Assembly: GCA_019634385.1 (NCBI GenBank)
Contig: JAHQVK010000069.1
Location: forward strand, 22,182-86,181
Reading direction: 5' to 3'
Origin: Myxococcales bacterium
Lineage (GTDB): Bacteria; Myxococcota; Kuafuiibacteriia; Kuafuiibacteriales; Kuafuiibacteriaceae
DNA length: 64,000 nt
Positions within the stretch are counted from its first letter, which is position 1. Each line of letters opens with the position of its first letter. Made by a program: the position numbers and the translations under genes. The notes beneath the pieces are model-generated. The model made no database searches, was not told the DNA's origin, and saw only the letters and a program-made list of their open reading frames with translations. This document shows, piece after piece, positions 36,226-45,107 of the stretch.

Positions 36226-36382
36226 ATCGGCAAATTATTTGTCATTAGACTGCCGGTCGTAAGGGAGGACATCTTCGGAATGTACATGGCCTATACTCCC
36301 GGCAGTTTTTTTGTGGGCCGGTTACAGCTCAAGATCTTCGCCGTGTTGTGTTGATCTCTATGGAGAGTTAATCAAGAGGCAC

Positions 36383-37297
36383 ATGCAAATTTGTGTTTTG
36401 GGGTCAGCAGCAGGGGGAGGTTTTCCGCAGTGGAATTGCAATTGTGAAAACTGCCAAGGCGTTCGAAGCGGTCGTCTGCGAGCCCAATCGCGAACCCAGT
36501 CTTCTATAGCTGTCAGCGAAGACGGTGAGCATTGGTTACTGATTAATGCTTCACCCGATATTCTCACCCAGTTGGCTGCTTGCCCTCAGCTGCAGCCTCG
36601 TCATGGTCTGCGGGGTACTCCTATCGTTGGCGTCTTGTTGATGGATGCACAGATCGATCACGTTGCGGGGTTGATGATGCTGAGGGAAGGGTGTCCCCTG
36701 GACTTGTACCTTACGCAGGAGGTGAATGAGGCTCTCAACAACCATTTGCCGCTACTGCGGGTGTTGGAACACTGGAACGGTGGTTTTGATACGCAGCTGA
36801 TTCCCGATGCATCCACCTCCTTTGGGGTGGATGCGTTGCCCAACCTTGTTTTTCAGAGGGTGCCGCTAACAAGTAACGCTCCACCGTACTCGCCTCGTCG
36901 TCATCGTCCAGCGCCCGGCGATAGCATTGGGCTCTTTGTTACCGATAGGCGAAGTCAACGTTCGGTGTTGTATGCACCAGGGCTTGGTGAACCACTGGCG
37001 CAAACCATGTCGTTTATGGCGCAGGCGGACGTGATCATGGTAGATGGAACATTTTGGACTGACGACGAAATGGGTAAGACCGGTTTAGGACATCGTACTG
37101 CGCGATCCATGGGTCACCTCCCGGTATCGGGCGAAGGAGGGATTTTGTCCCTCCTTCGCCCGCTCAAAGCGGAAAGAAAGGTACTCATCCACATCAACAA
37201 CACCAATCCCATTCTTGATGAAGATTCTCCGGCTCGCAAAGAGGTGAAAAATCAGGGGATCGAAGTAGCATTCGACGGCATGATGATCGAGGTGTGA
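36383..37297 (+). CDS. pqqB: PQQ biosynthesis protein B (metallo-beta-lactamase fold)
   Basis: MQICVLGSAAGGGFPQWNCNCENCQ is the conserved PqqB N-terminus. AAGAGG lies 5 nt before ATG 36383; the track ORF starts earlier at a TTG. Confidence 0.9.
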   Translation: MQICVLGSAAGGGFPQWNCNCENCQGVRSGRLRAQSRTQSSIAVSEDGEHWLLINASPDILTQLAACPQLQPRHGLRGTPIVGVLLMDAQIDHVAGLMMLREGCPLDLYLTQEVNEALNNHLPLLRVLEHWNGGFDTQLIPDASTSFGVDALPNLVFQRVPLTSNAPPYSPRRHRPAPGDSIGLFVTDRRSQRSVLYAPGLGEPLAQTMSFMAQADVIMVDGTFWTDDEMGKTGLGHRTARSMGHLPVSGEGGILSLLRPLKAERKVLIHINNTNPILDEDSPARKEVKNQGIEVAFDGMMIEV

Positions 37298-37369
37298 GCA
37301 TGGGTGGCTATACGCTTAGGTGTTTTGGTGGGGCTAGAGAGTTTCGATTCTCGTCAAGGAGTACGCGGC

Positions 37370-37654
37370 ATGAGTATTTACTTACATTCAATCATCACCC
37401 GGAATTCCATGTATCGGTTCCAGTGGGAAGAGACCCAAGGTTGCCATGTGTTATTATACCCAGAGGGTTTGGTGCAACTTAATCAGACGGCAGCTACCGT
37501 GCTCGAGTTGTGTGGGGAGGAAACGACGGCCGCGGCGTTAATCGAAACCCTCCAGGAACGATATCCTCAGGCTGATACCTTGGTTGAAGATGTGATGAGC
37601 TTTCTCCACGAGGCTCGAGACGAAAACTGGATCGTGGTCCGGGATACGGAGTGA
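37370..37654 (+). CDS. pqqD: PQQ biosynthesis peptide chaperone PqqD
   Basis: YRFQWEETQGCHVLLYPEGLVQLNQTAATVLELCGEE fits the PqqD pattern. The start is uncertain (ATG 37370 chosen; the track ORF starts at GTG 37304). Confidence 0.8.
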   Translation: MSIYLHSIITRNSMYRFQWEETQGCHVLLYPEGLVQLNQTAATVLELCGEETTAAALIETLQERYPQADTLVEDVMSFLHEARDENWIVVRDTE

Positions 37655-37657
37655 ACA

Positions 37658-38806
37658 ATGATGAGCGAAGAATCCGGCGTCAGCGGACCCCTGTGGTTGC
37701 TGGCCGAATTGACCTACCGGTGCCCCCTGCAATGTCCGTATTGCTCAAATCCTAGTAACTACGAGGAGTCGCTGAGCCACGAGCTAACCACCGAAGAGTG
37801 GATAAGTGCGCTGCGGCAGGCGCGAGCTATGGGAGCGGTCCAACTAGGCTTATCGGGAGGTGAGCCCTGTCTACGTACCGATTTGGAGGAAATTGTTGCT
37901 GAAGCCCATAAGTTAGGTTTTTATACCAATCTCATTACTTCCGCCTATAATTTATCTTCCGAGCGAATTAGTAATCTCAAAGAGGCGGGTTTAGACCATA
38001 TCCAAGTTAGTATTCAGGGGGCGGATAAGCGTACTAATGACCTGTTGGCGGGTACTGCATGCTTCGATCGGAAAATTGCTGCTCTCTATCATATAAAAGA
38101 GCAAGGTTACCCACTTGTATTTAACTTTGTTGTTCATCGATTTAATATTCATCAAGTTTGGGACTTACTTACCTTGGCGAATATGGTTGAGGCAGATTTT
38201 GTAGAAGTTGCTAACTGTCAGTACCACGGCTTTGCTTTTCTTAATAAGGAAGCACTACTTCCGACCCCCTTGCAGATACGACAGGCGGAAGAAGAGGTGG
38301 CTCGCTTCCGCTCCCAACTAAGCCGAAAAATGGAGATCTTCTTTGTGGTACCGGACTACTTCGAAGAGCACATAAGTCCGTGCGTCAATGGCTGGGGGAC
38401 CACGATGGTCAATGTATCACCAAACGGTCGTGTGTTGCCTTGTCATGGTGCGGGTGAGATGAAGCATCTTCCCATACCGAACATTCGGGAACAGAGCCTC
38501 CAGGATATCTGGTATCACTCCACATTGTTCAATCAATATCGAGGCACTTCATGGATGAAGGAGCCATGTGCTTCTTGCCCGGAGAAAGAAAAGGACTTTG
38601 GGGGGTGCCGGTGCCAAGCGCTGGCATGGACACAGGATGCTGCAAATACAGATCCGTGTTGCCCTAAGTCTCCTCATCACGGCTTGATCGAGAAGCTGGT
38701 AGACCCAGCCAGTCAACGTCAACCATTGGTACAGTTACGGAACACCCGGGGCACGAAGATGGAGTTTGGTGAGCTAGTGTTTAGAGGCGCAGCAAAGGCC
38801 ACTTGA
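37658..38806 (+). CDS. pqqE: PQQ biosynthesis radical-SAM/SPASM enzyme PqqE
   Basis: LLAELTYRCPLQCPYCSNP (CxxxCxxC) plus a C-terminal Cys-rich SPASM region (CASCPEKEKDFGGCRCQA). The last codons and the TGA stop lie inside a family-A repeat. Confidence 0.9.
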   Translation: MMSEESGVSGPLWLLAELTYRCPLQCPYCSNPSNYEESLSHELTTEEWISALRQARAMGAVQLGLSGGEPCLRTDLEEIVAEAHKLGFYTNLITSAYNLSSERISNLKEAGLDHIQVSIQGADKRTNDLLAGTACFDRKIAALYHIKEQGYPLVFNFVVHRFNIHQVWDLLTLANMVEADFVEVANCQYHGFAFLNKEALLPTPLQIRQAEEEVARFRSQLSRKMEIFFVVPDYFEEHISPCVNGWGTTMVNVSPNGRVLPCHGAGEMKHLPIPNIREQSLQDIWYHSTLFNQYRGTSWMKEPCASCPEKEKDFGGCRCQALAWTQDAANTDPCCPKSPHHGLIEKLVDPASQRQPLVQLRNTRGTKMEFGELVFRGAAKAT

Positions 38807-38890
38807 ATTGATTCTGTAAGAATCAACAAGTGGCCCATAGCCCGGCGTAGAAGCAGGAACTTCGGTTCAACCCAAGTGATTTCTGCTGTA
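38788..38890 (+). repeat. Family A repeat, copy A10 (fills the pqqE-pqqC junction; contains the pqqE stop)
   Basis: cgcagcaaaggccacttgaattgattctgtaagaatcaacaagtggcccatagcccggcgtagaagcaggaacttcggttcaacccaagtgatttctgctgta. The TGA of pqqE is the 'cacTTGAatt' TGA at 38804-38806. There is a small internal deletion relative to the consensus. Confidence 0.9.
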
Positions 38891-38902
38891 TCGGATTAAG
38901 AT

Positions 38903-39625
38903 ATGAACAACGAGACCAGCGCGTGGACCCGCAGTGAGTTTGAACAACAACTACGAGGAATGGGGCGATATTATCACATTTATCACCCGTTTCATCGTCG
39001 TATGAACTCTGGAAACTGTACCCGTGAGGAGATACAATGTTGGGTGGCGAATAGGTATTATTATCAGCGATCAATTCCCATCAAAGACGCTGCGATTATG
39101 GCCAATTGTGATGATCCCGCAACCCGGCGGTTGTGGGTGCAGCGTATTCTTGATCATGATGGAACCACGGACATGTTGGGTGGTCTTGAGGCCTGGGTAC
39201 GTCTCGGCGAGGCGGTGGGCCTTTTACGGAGCGATCTAGTTGAGAATAGATATTTGCTCCCCGGCGTTCAATTTGCTTGTGATGCTTATGTCAATTTCGC
39301 TCGCCGCGCTACTTGGCAGGAAGCGGCATGTTCATCCCTGACGGAGTTATTTGCTCCCCGGATTCATCAACAGCGTTTGGAGGCTTGGCCTCAGTTTTAC
39401 CCGTGGATAGAACTAGAGGGGTATACATACTTCCAAAAGCGTCTGTCTGAAGCTCGCAGGGATGTCGAACATGGCTTGTCCGTTACCCTTGACTATTTTT
39501 GTACTCGGGCAGAGCAGGAGAAGGCACTGGATATCTTACGCTTTAAGCTTCAAGTATTATGGTCTATGCTGGATGCTATGCAGATGGCGACAGAATATGG
39601 TCATCCGCCGTTTTATAATTGTTAG
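38903..39625 (+). CDS. pqqC: Pyrroloquinoline-quinone synthase PqqC
   Basis: 240-aa ORF with [45 protein letters not shown], the conserved PqqC core. Confidence 0.9.
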   Translation: MNNETSAWTRSEFEQQLRGMGRYYHIYHPFHRRMNSGNCTREEIQCWVANRYYYQRSIPIKDAAIMANCDDPATRRLWVQRILDHDGTTDMLGGLEAWVRLGEAVGLLRSDLVENRYLLPGVQFACDAYVNFARRATWQEAACSSLTELFAPRIHQQRLEAWPQFYPWIELEGYTYFQKRLSEARRDVEHGLSVTLDYFCTRAEQEKALDILRFKLQVLWSMLDAMQMATEYGHPPFYNC

Positions 39626-39724
39626 GTTGAATGATGATACAACCATCATCACCATGCACAGCTTGCCGGAGACCTCGCTCGACATCTTCTTTTGAGCCGC
39701 TGGATGATAGAGATCTTCAGCAGA

Positions 39725-39839
39725 TACAGCAAAGACCCCTTGAATTGCTTCTGTAAGAATTACCAAGTGGTCGCGCAGGGGGCATAGCCCCCAACGGAGA
39801 AGCAGGAACTTGGGTTCAACCCAAGTGATTTCTGCTATA
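39725..39839 (+). repeat. Family A repeat, copy A11
   Basis: tacagcaaagaccccttgaattgcttctgtaagaattaccaagtggtcgcgcagggggcatagcccccaacggagaagcaggaacttgggttcaacccaagtgatttctgctata. Lies between the convergent pqqC and cupin genes. Confidence 0.9.
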
Positions 39840-39876
39840 TTGTTGAGTTTGCTTGTCAGAGGTTGGAATAGTGAGG

Positions 39877-40284
39877 CTACGCAATTTCTAGCGGGAAGGT
39901 ATCAGTGTCTTTAGGGTCATAGGGTTTGTCAGCGAGGGCCATCATCAACAGATCCTCGGTACCGACCGAGCAAATAGCATGAGCAACTCCGGGCGGGATT
40001 TTTACACACACCTGGTGGCATCCGCCCATAGGAATTGTCCGGCGTTTATTAGGAAACTCAGCGTCAGCGAGAGTCAGCACCCCCTCTCCACGAACGACCA
40101 CAAACCACTCGGTGGTAACTTTGTGGAAGTGGTTGGCACGGACTGTGCCCGAGCTTGCACTGACGAAGTAGATCTCTCCAAAGGGACGCTCGTCAGTGTA
40201 CGCCTTTTGGACCGCCTTCAGCAAAAACCCTCGTTCGTCTTCGTGTTTAAATAAATCAAATACTTGAATATCGTTCATCACCAT
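39877..40284 (-). CDS. Cupin-fold sugar nucleotide epimerase/isomerase (RmlC-like or WxcM/FdtA-like)
   Basis: 135-aa ORF with HEDERGFLLK...VRANHFHKVTTEWFVVVRGEG, a cupin motif typical of small sugar 3,5-epimerase/3,4-ketoisomerase proteins. Last gene of the CDP-sugar operon. Confidence 0.6.
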   Translation of the reverse strand: MVMNDIQVFDLFKHEDERGFLLKAVQKAYTDERPFGEIYFVSASSGTVRANHFHKVTTEWFVVVRGEGVLTLADAEFPNKRRTIPMGGCHQVCVKIPPGVAHAICSVGTEDLLMMALADKPYDPKDTDTFPLEIA

Positions 40285-40332
40285 ACTCAGACCTCTCTGG
40301 GTATCTATCTGTTGTCGGCTTGTGTTTCTCGT

Positions 40333-41295
40333 TCAGAGGGCCTCTACTACTTCTGGATGAGCACGGTACCAGTCTATGGTACGCGTGAGGCCCTCTCGGA
40401 GGGATACTTTGGGGGTGTATCCTAGGAGCTCCTGGGCTTTTTTGTTGGAGCAATAGAAGTGCCAGGTTTCACCGGGCCGGTATGGGAGGGCACCGAGTTC
40501 TACGCGGAGTTGGCCGTCAAAAAGCTCCATCACCAGCCGGGCCATGTCCGCGATTTTGACTTCATCTCCGCAACCGATGTTGATGATCTGGCCGTCAGCC
40601 GCCGGAGTTTGGGCAGCCTGGATAAAACCCTCAACAACGTCATCCACATAGTTGAACTCTCGCGTTTGCTCCGCGGAGGTCATTTCGAGCGATTCCCCCT
40701 TGAGGCCGGCCTTGATAAGCATTGTGGTTAACATGCGGTTTCGAAGATGGGGTCCGTAGGTGAGAAAGGGGCGAAGCACAGTCACTGGCAGCTTTTGGGT
40801 TTTGTGCAGCATTTGAAAGAAGTAGGTGGCGGCTACTTTGGATGCGGAGTAGGGCGATACCGGGTTTGGAACCTGATCTTCAGTAAACGGCGTGGGATTG
40901 TCTCCATATTCTTCACACGTGCCGATGTGCACAAAACTTTCAAACCCTTCAGCAGCGCAAGCGGTCACTAAGTTGATGGGTCCTTGGGTATTTACCGCGA
41001 ACAACGAGGAGGCTAGATTTAGGTCGCGGCCTACGTTCACCATTGCTGCCAGGTTGAATATAATCTCTGGTCGAATCTCTTTGATCGCCGCAGTGACTGC
41101 CTCGGGTTGAGTTAGATCTACTTCGCGCAACTCAAGGTCTAGTCCCTCTACGAGCGACGTTTCCCGAAGATATAGACCATAGATAGACGAAGCTTTGGTT
41201 CTGAGGAGACGCCGAATTAGATGGGATCCCATAAACCCATTAGCCCCGGTGACCAGGATGCGCTTGCCATTTAAGCTTCGGTTCGCTTGAATCAT
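40333..41295 (-). CDS. NAD-dependent nucleotide-sugar epimerase/dehydratase (extended SDR)
   Basis: ILVTGANGFMGSHL Rossmann motif and the YSASK catalytic motif. 4-nt overlap with the upstream GT2 gene. Confidence 0.8.
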   Translation of the reverse strand: MIQANRSLNGKRILVTGANGFMGSHLIRRLLRTKASSIYGLYLRETSLVEGLDLELREVDLTQPEAVTAAIKEIRPEIIFNLAAMVNVGRDLNLASSLFAVNTQGPINLVTACAAEGFESFVHIGTCEEYGDNPTPFTEDQVPNPVSPYSASKVAATYFFQMLHKTQKLPVTVLRPFLTYGPHLRNRMLTTMLIKAGLKGESLEMTSAEQTREFNYVDDVVEGFIQAAQTPAADGQIINIGCGDEVKIADMARLVMELFDGQLRVELGALPYRPGETWHFYCSNKKAQELLGYTPKVSLREGLTRTIDWYRAHPEVVEAL

Positions 41296-42290
41296 GGTTC
41301 CACCACCATACCCTTTGATAGATCTTTCGTGCGGTCGTCTGAGGAGTCGATAGATGCCTCAATGACCGTAAGTGGACCACGTTTCACCTGCTTATAGATT
41401 CTTCCTAGGTACTCTCCGATGATGCCGAGAAATAGTGCGTTCAAGGACATGCTAGCGAGGATAAGTGTGGCGAGGGTCGCGAAGCCTGCGGGCCAGGTGG
41501 CGCCAGCAGCGACCTTAGCGACTACAAACACGCCTACCCCAAAGAGGGTACAGGCAGCTACGAACATACCAATGAAGGTAGCTACTCGGAGGGGCACTGT
41601 GGAGTGATTCAGGATGCCATCCAGAGCAAGTCCAAACAGATCTTTGACAGAAAACTTGCTTGTGCCTGCTTCCCGATTGCGACGCTCGTAAGGAATGCCC
41701 AGCTGACTAAACCCCATGGCGCTTATTGCCCCTCTTAGGTATGGCTGCGAATCATTCATCAAACCCAAGGTTCGTACGATTTTGCGGTCCGCGAGTCGAA
41801 AATCACCCGCGTCGACTGGGAGCGGGTCTTCAGAGAGAAAGTTTGCTAGTCGATAGAAAACCTTTCGAATGGTTTCCATGAGAAAGTGCTCGTCCCGCTT
41901 TTTACGGATCCCGTAGACCACATCATATCCCTCTTCCCATTTTGTTAAGAATTCAAAGATGAGTTCAGGAGGGTCTTGAAGATCACAATCGAGCTGAACG
42001 ACTGCGTCACCTCGAGATTTAAGATAGGCGGTAAGAATAGAGCGTTGATAACCGAAGTTTCGTGAGAATCGGAATACTCGCACCCGAGGGTCTTTTTGAG
42101 CAAGGATATGCAGTTTCTCGAAAGTTTGGTCGGTGCTGTGGTTGTCGGTAAAGATGAGCTCGAACTCATATTTCGCTTCATGCTGGGCGAGGAGAATCTC
42201 TAAGGTCTCATAGAGAGTGTCGAGCGTGTCCTCTTCATTGAGAACGGGAATACATATAGAGATGAGTTTCTTAGGCTTGGGCGCACTCAT
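41292..42290 (-). CDS. Family 2 glycosyltransferase, polyprenyl-phosphate sugar transferase type (GtrB/ArnC/DPM1-like)
   Basis: ISICIPVLNEEDTL, QLDCDLQDPP (DxD region) and two C-terminal TM helices, the usual architecture of bactoprenol-phosphate glycosyltransferases. Confidence 0.8.
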   Translation of the reverse strand: MSAPKPKKLISICIPVLNEEDTLDTLYETLEILLAQHEAKYEFELIFTDNHSTDQTFEKLHILAQKDPRVRVFRFSRNFGYQRSILTAYLKSRGDAVVQLDCDLQDPPELIFEFLTKWEEGYDVVYGIRKKRDEHFLMETIRKVFYRLANFLSEDPLPVDAGDFRLADRKIVRTLGLMNDSQPYLRGAISAMGFSQLGIPYERRNREAGTSKFSVKDLFGLALDGILNHSTVPLRVATFIGMFVAACTLFGVGVFVVAKVAAGATWPAGFATLATLILASMSLNALFLGIIGEYLGRIYKQVKRGPLTVIEASIDSSDDRTKDLSKGMVVEP

Positions 42291-43417
42291 AGTGACTCGT
42301 GTCTCTGTGAGGGGTTAACAGTAGATAAATAGGCGCTAGAACCCTCATATGCCTCAATTTGTTTTAGGCTCAGGGCCTGCATAGTTTGACAGTCAGCGCC
42401 CGCATAAAATGTCTGGTACCAGCGGGTAGACTCTTCAAGGGCCCGCTGGACGTTCCATCGGGGGGCCCAACCCAGCTGGAAATGAGCTTTGGAACAATCC
42501 AACTTGAGCCAATGGGCCTCATGGAGTTGGCGGCTAGCATCAACGGTGTAGTGGCCGTCACCCCATTGCCGGCATAATTCGTTGACAATAGCCTGAACGT
42601 TCCAGTCGTCGCCAGCAGCGGGGCCAAAGTTCCAACCACCACCATATTTTTGAGGATCGGTCATTAAGCGGGCACCGACCTCCAGATATCCAGATAGAGG
42701 CTCTAGAACATGCTGCCAGGGGCGGATCGCGCTCGGGGAGCGGATCACAATAGGCTCGTTTTGAGCCAAGGACCGGAAGCAGTCGGGGATGAGACGATCT
42801 TTCCCCCAATCGCCTCCTCCAATGACATTTCCAGCTCGGACCGATGCGGCTGCAATATGGTGGGTAGTACCATAGCTTTTGGGATTGAAGTAGGAACGAA
42901 ACCAAGCGGAGAATAGGAGCTCAGCGCAACCTTTGCTGGCTGAATACGGGTCGTAGCCGCCCATAGGATCATTTTCACGGTAACCCCAGACCCATTCTTG
43001 GTTTTCGTAACATTTGTCGGAGGTGATGTTGATGAGAGTTCGTACTGAGTCACATTGCCTAGCCACTTCAAAAACTCTCAAAGTGCCCATCACGTTAGTT
43101 TCAAACGTGTCATCGGGCTGTTCGTAAGACAGCCGTACCAATGGCTGAGCCGCGGCATGAAACACAATCTCCGGTTTGTATTCAGCGAATACTTCTTCTA
43201 ATTTCTGCTTATTGCGGATGTCGCCATGGATGTGGTGCAGCATGTCGGCGACTGAGGACGCGGTATACATACTGGGTTGGCTTGGGGCGTCAAGAGCAAA
43301 CCCAACCACGTTAGCACCCAATCGCTTTAGCCAAAGAGCAAGCCATCCCCCTTTAAATCCGGTATGGCCGGTGAGTAGTACCTTTTTGCCTCGATAGGCG
43401 TCGGTGAAGGTCGTCAA
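42287..43417 (-). CDS. rfbG: CDP-glucose 4,6-dehydratase
   Basis: YRGKKVLLTGHTGFKGGWLALWL and YSASKGCAEL. Start set to the in-frame TTG at 43417 (AAGGGG upstream, just after the rfbF stop) because the track ATG at 43522 would overlap rfbF by 95 nt. Confidence 0.85.
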   Translation of the reverse strand: MTTFTDAYRGKKVLLTGHTGFKGGWLALWLKRLGANVVGFALDAPSQPSMYTASSVADMLHHIHGDIRNKQKLEEVFAEYKPEIVFHAAAQPLVRLSYEQPDDTFETNVMGTLRVFEVARQCDSVRTLINITSDKCYENQEWVWGYRENDPMGGYDPYSASKGCAELLFSAWFRSYFNPKSYGTTHHIAAASVRAGNVIGGGDWGKDRLIPDCFRSLAQNEPIVIRSPSAIRPWQHVLEPLSGYLEVGARLMTDPQKYGGGWNFGPAAGDDWNVQAIVNELCRQWGDGHYTVDASRQLHEAHWLKLDCSKAHFQLGWAPRWNVQRALEESTRWYQTFYAGADCQTMQALSLKQIEAYEGSSAYLSTVNPSQRHESL

Positions 43418-43427
43418 TAGTTGCCCC

Positions 43428-44207
43428 TTACTCCGACCACTGCTTCCAAGGGGCGGTGGTGCTCCATAAGTTTTCAAGGGTGTATCTGTCGCGCAAGGTG
43501 TCCATGGATTGCCAAAAGCCATCGTGCTTATAAGCTGTTAGTTGTCCATCACTTGCGAGGTTCTCCAGAGGTTTTTGCTCGAAAACGGTTGAGTCACCTT
43601 CAGTGATATAGTCGAAAATCTTAGGAGAGAGCACAAAGAATCCACCGTTTATCCACGCTTTGTCCCCTTTGGGCTTTTCCATGAACTTGTGAATGGTATT
43701 GTGGTCGTCGAGATCAAGCGCACCAAATCGTCCCGGTGGTTGTATAGCGGTAAGAGTGGCTAATTTCTGACGCTCGCGATGGTATTCAAGTAGCGTTCGA
43801 ATATTTACGTTTGAAACGCCATCTCCATAAGTCATAAAAAAGTCTTCGTTGCCTACATAAGGTTGAATTCTTTTAATACGCCCCCCAGTCATGGTGTTGA
43901 GACCAGTTTCAACCAGAGTGACCCGCCAAGGCTCCGCCTTGGTCGAGTTCATCTCGATATGTTTTTCACGGACGTCTACGGTTACTTCTGCGGCCTGATG
44001 CAACATGTAATTGGTGAAGTACTCTTTGAGTACATAGCCCTTGTATCCCAGACATATGACAAAGTCATGAAATCCATAATGGCTATAGATTTTCATGATA
44101 TGCCAGATGATCGGCTGTCCACCGATCTCTACCATAGGTTTAGGACGAACATCCGTAACCTCACTTAAGCGAGTGCCGAATCCACCGGCGAGTAATACGA
44201 CTTTCAT
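43428..44207 (-). CDS. rfbF: Glucose-1-phosphate cytidylyltransferase
   Basis: MKVVLLAGGFGTRLSEVTDVRPKPMVEIGGQPIIWHIMKIY is a near-consensus RfbF N-terminus. Start at ATG 44207 rather than the track start at 44387. Confidence 0.9.
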   Translation of the reverse strand: MKVVLLAGGFGTRLSEVTDVRPKPMVEIGGQPIIWHIMKIYSHYGFHDFVICLGYKGYVLKEYFTNYMLHQAAEVTVDVREKHIEMNSTKAEPWRVTLVETGLNTMTGGRIKRIQPYVGNEDFFMTYGDGVSNVNIRTLLEYHRERQKLATLTAIQPPGRFGALDLDDHNTIHKFMEKPKGDKAWINGGFFVLSPKIFDYITEGDSTVFEQKPLENLASDGQLTAYKHDGFWQSMDTLRDRYTLENLWSTTAPWKQWSE

Positions 44208-44591
44208 GTGATATATTCTCTTGCGTTGTACAATTATGGCAAGCTGTACAAGTAAGCAAAATGCTATGAGCTTTGACCGAAAGGACTGTGAGGTCTGGTC
44301 TGCAGAAGTCAGATGCGACGCGCTTTTTGCAGAAGTTGCAAAGAGTAGTCCCACTCCCTTTCTCGCTAAGAAGATTCTCCGAGTCACAACAGGGTATCAA
44401 ACTTATCGGTGCTCTGGTTTCCGAAGAAGTCAGTGTTGAGCCATCTTTTCGTCTTTCGGCGTTTCTTGAGGCAGTATTGGCCTTTGGGATGATCAGTTTT
44501 GCGTTCATTATTCTCAACAACCGTAGATAGCGGCCCGACTGCTCATGAACAAACTCAGGCAATCTGAAACAAGAAAGTGGCTCATGGATTA

Positions 44592-44771
44592 TAGGGCGTT
44601 TCTTTAACCTCCGGACCGCGTTCTAACTTGTTTCCCCCATGTGTGAGGGGTCGGTGGCTTCGACACCCTTTCGGGCCCCTCGGCCCGGTACATCCAGCCT
44701 CCCTCCGGGGCTGACCACTCACAAACACGGGCTATGCATCTACGTGGCCGGAGTTTAAAGAGATGGCCGAG
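44592..44771 (+). repeat. Family B repeat, copy B4
   Basis: tagggcgtttctttaacctccggaccgcgttctaacttgtttccccc...ggccggagtttaaagagatggccg. Confidence 0.8.
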
Positions 44772-44873
44772 AAGCTTGTGCAGTGTCTTACGGGTGTGAA
44801 TAGTGTGGAGGGCGTGTTGCTGAAGTCGGTAGGGAACTATCGTTGAGGGCCCGAAGTGCCAGAATGTTCGGGT

Positions 44874-45107
44874 TACAGCAAAGACCCCTTGCTGATTCTT
44901 ACAGAGTCCATTCAACAGCCTGTTGATTTAGCCCTGTGTATAGCTATCGAGCCAGGCTTTTCGTGAAACGTTCTGACGACGAGGCGAGCGTACCTGGCGG
45001 TACGCGACCGAGGAGAGACTTTTTGTGGTCAGGATGTTTCACGGAAAGACCGGCCGATAGATGCCTGCAGGGCTAGATCAACAGGCTGTCAAGTGGTCTT
45101 TGCTGTA
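44874..45107. repeat. Family A-derived mini-palindrome (A12), split by insertion of family C copy C2
   Basis: The left part, 44874-44915, is tacagcaaagaccccttgctgattcttacagagtccattcaa. The right part, 45089-45107, is tcaagtggtctttgctgta. Joined with one tcaa removed, they restore the A terminal hairpin ..attcaagtggtctttgctgta. Confidence 0.75.
44916..45088 (+). mobile_element. Family C MITE-like element, copy C2, flanked by a 4-bp direct duplication TCAA, inserted in an A-type palindrome
   Basis: cagcctgttgatttagccc...gggctagatcaacaggctg, closely similar to C1 over its full length. Flanks are atTCAA|cagcc...ggctg|TCAAgtgg. It contains the TAG stop of the GNAT gene (45073-45075). Confidence 0.85.

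Noticed and set aside
39626-39724. Short ORFs after pqqC (MMIQPSSPCTACRRP... and ...MHSLPETSLDIFF) examined as alternative pqqA candidates
   Set aside because: They lack the conserved E-x-x-x-Y pair and the MW..P..LR.G pattern. A near-consensus pqqA exists at 36154..36225.
43418-44387. Long N-terminal extensions in track ORFs (rfbG from 43522, rfbF from 44387, nuoC from 57040, FadL-like from 47838, coaX from 56669, DUF1501-like from 8204, pqqB from 36311)
   Set aside because: The extensions overlap upstream genes or precede the conserved family N-termini. Internal starts that have an RBS and/or match homolog N-termini were preferred, though the exact start codons remain unverified.
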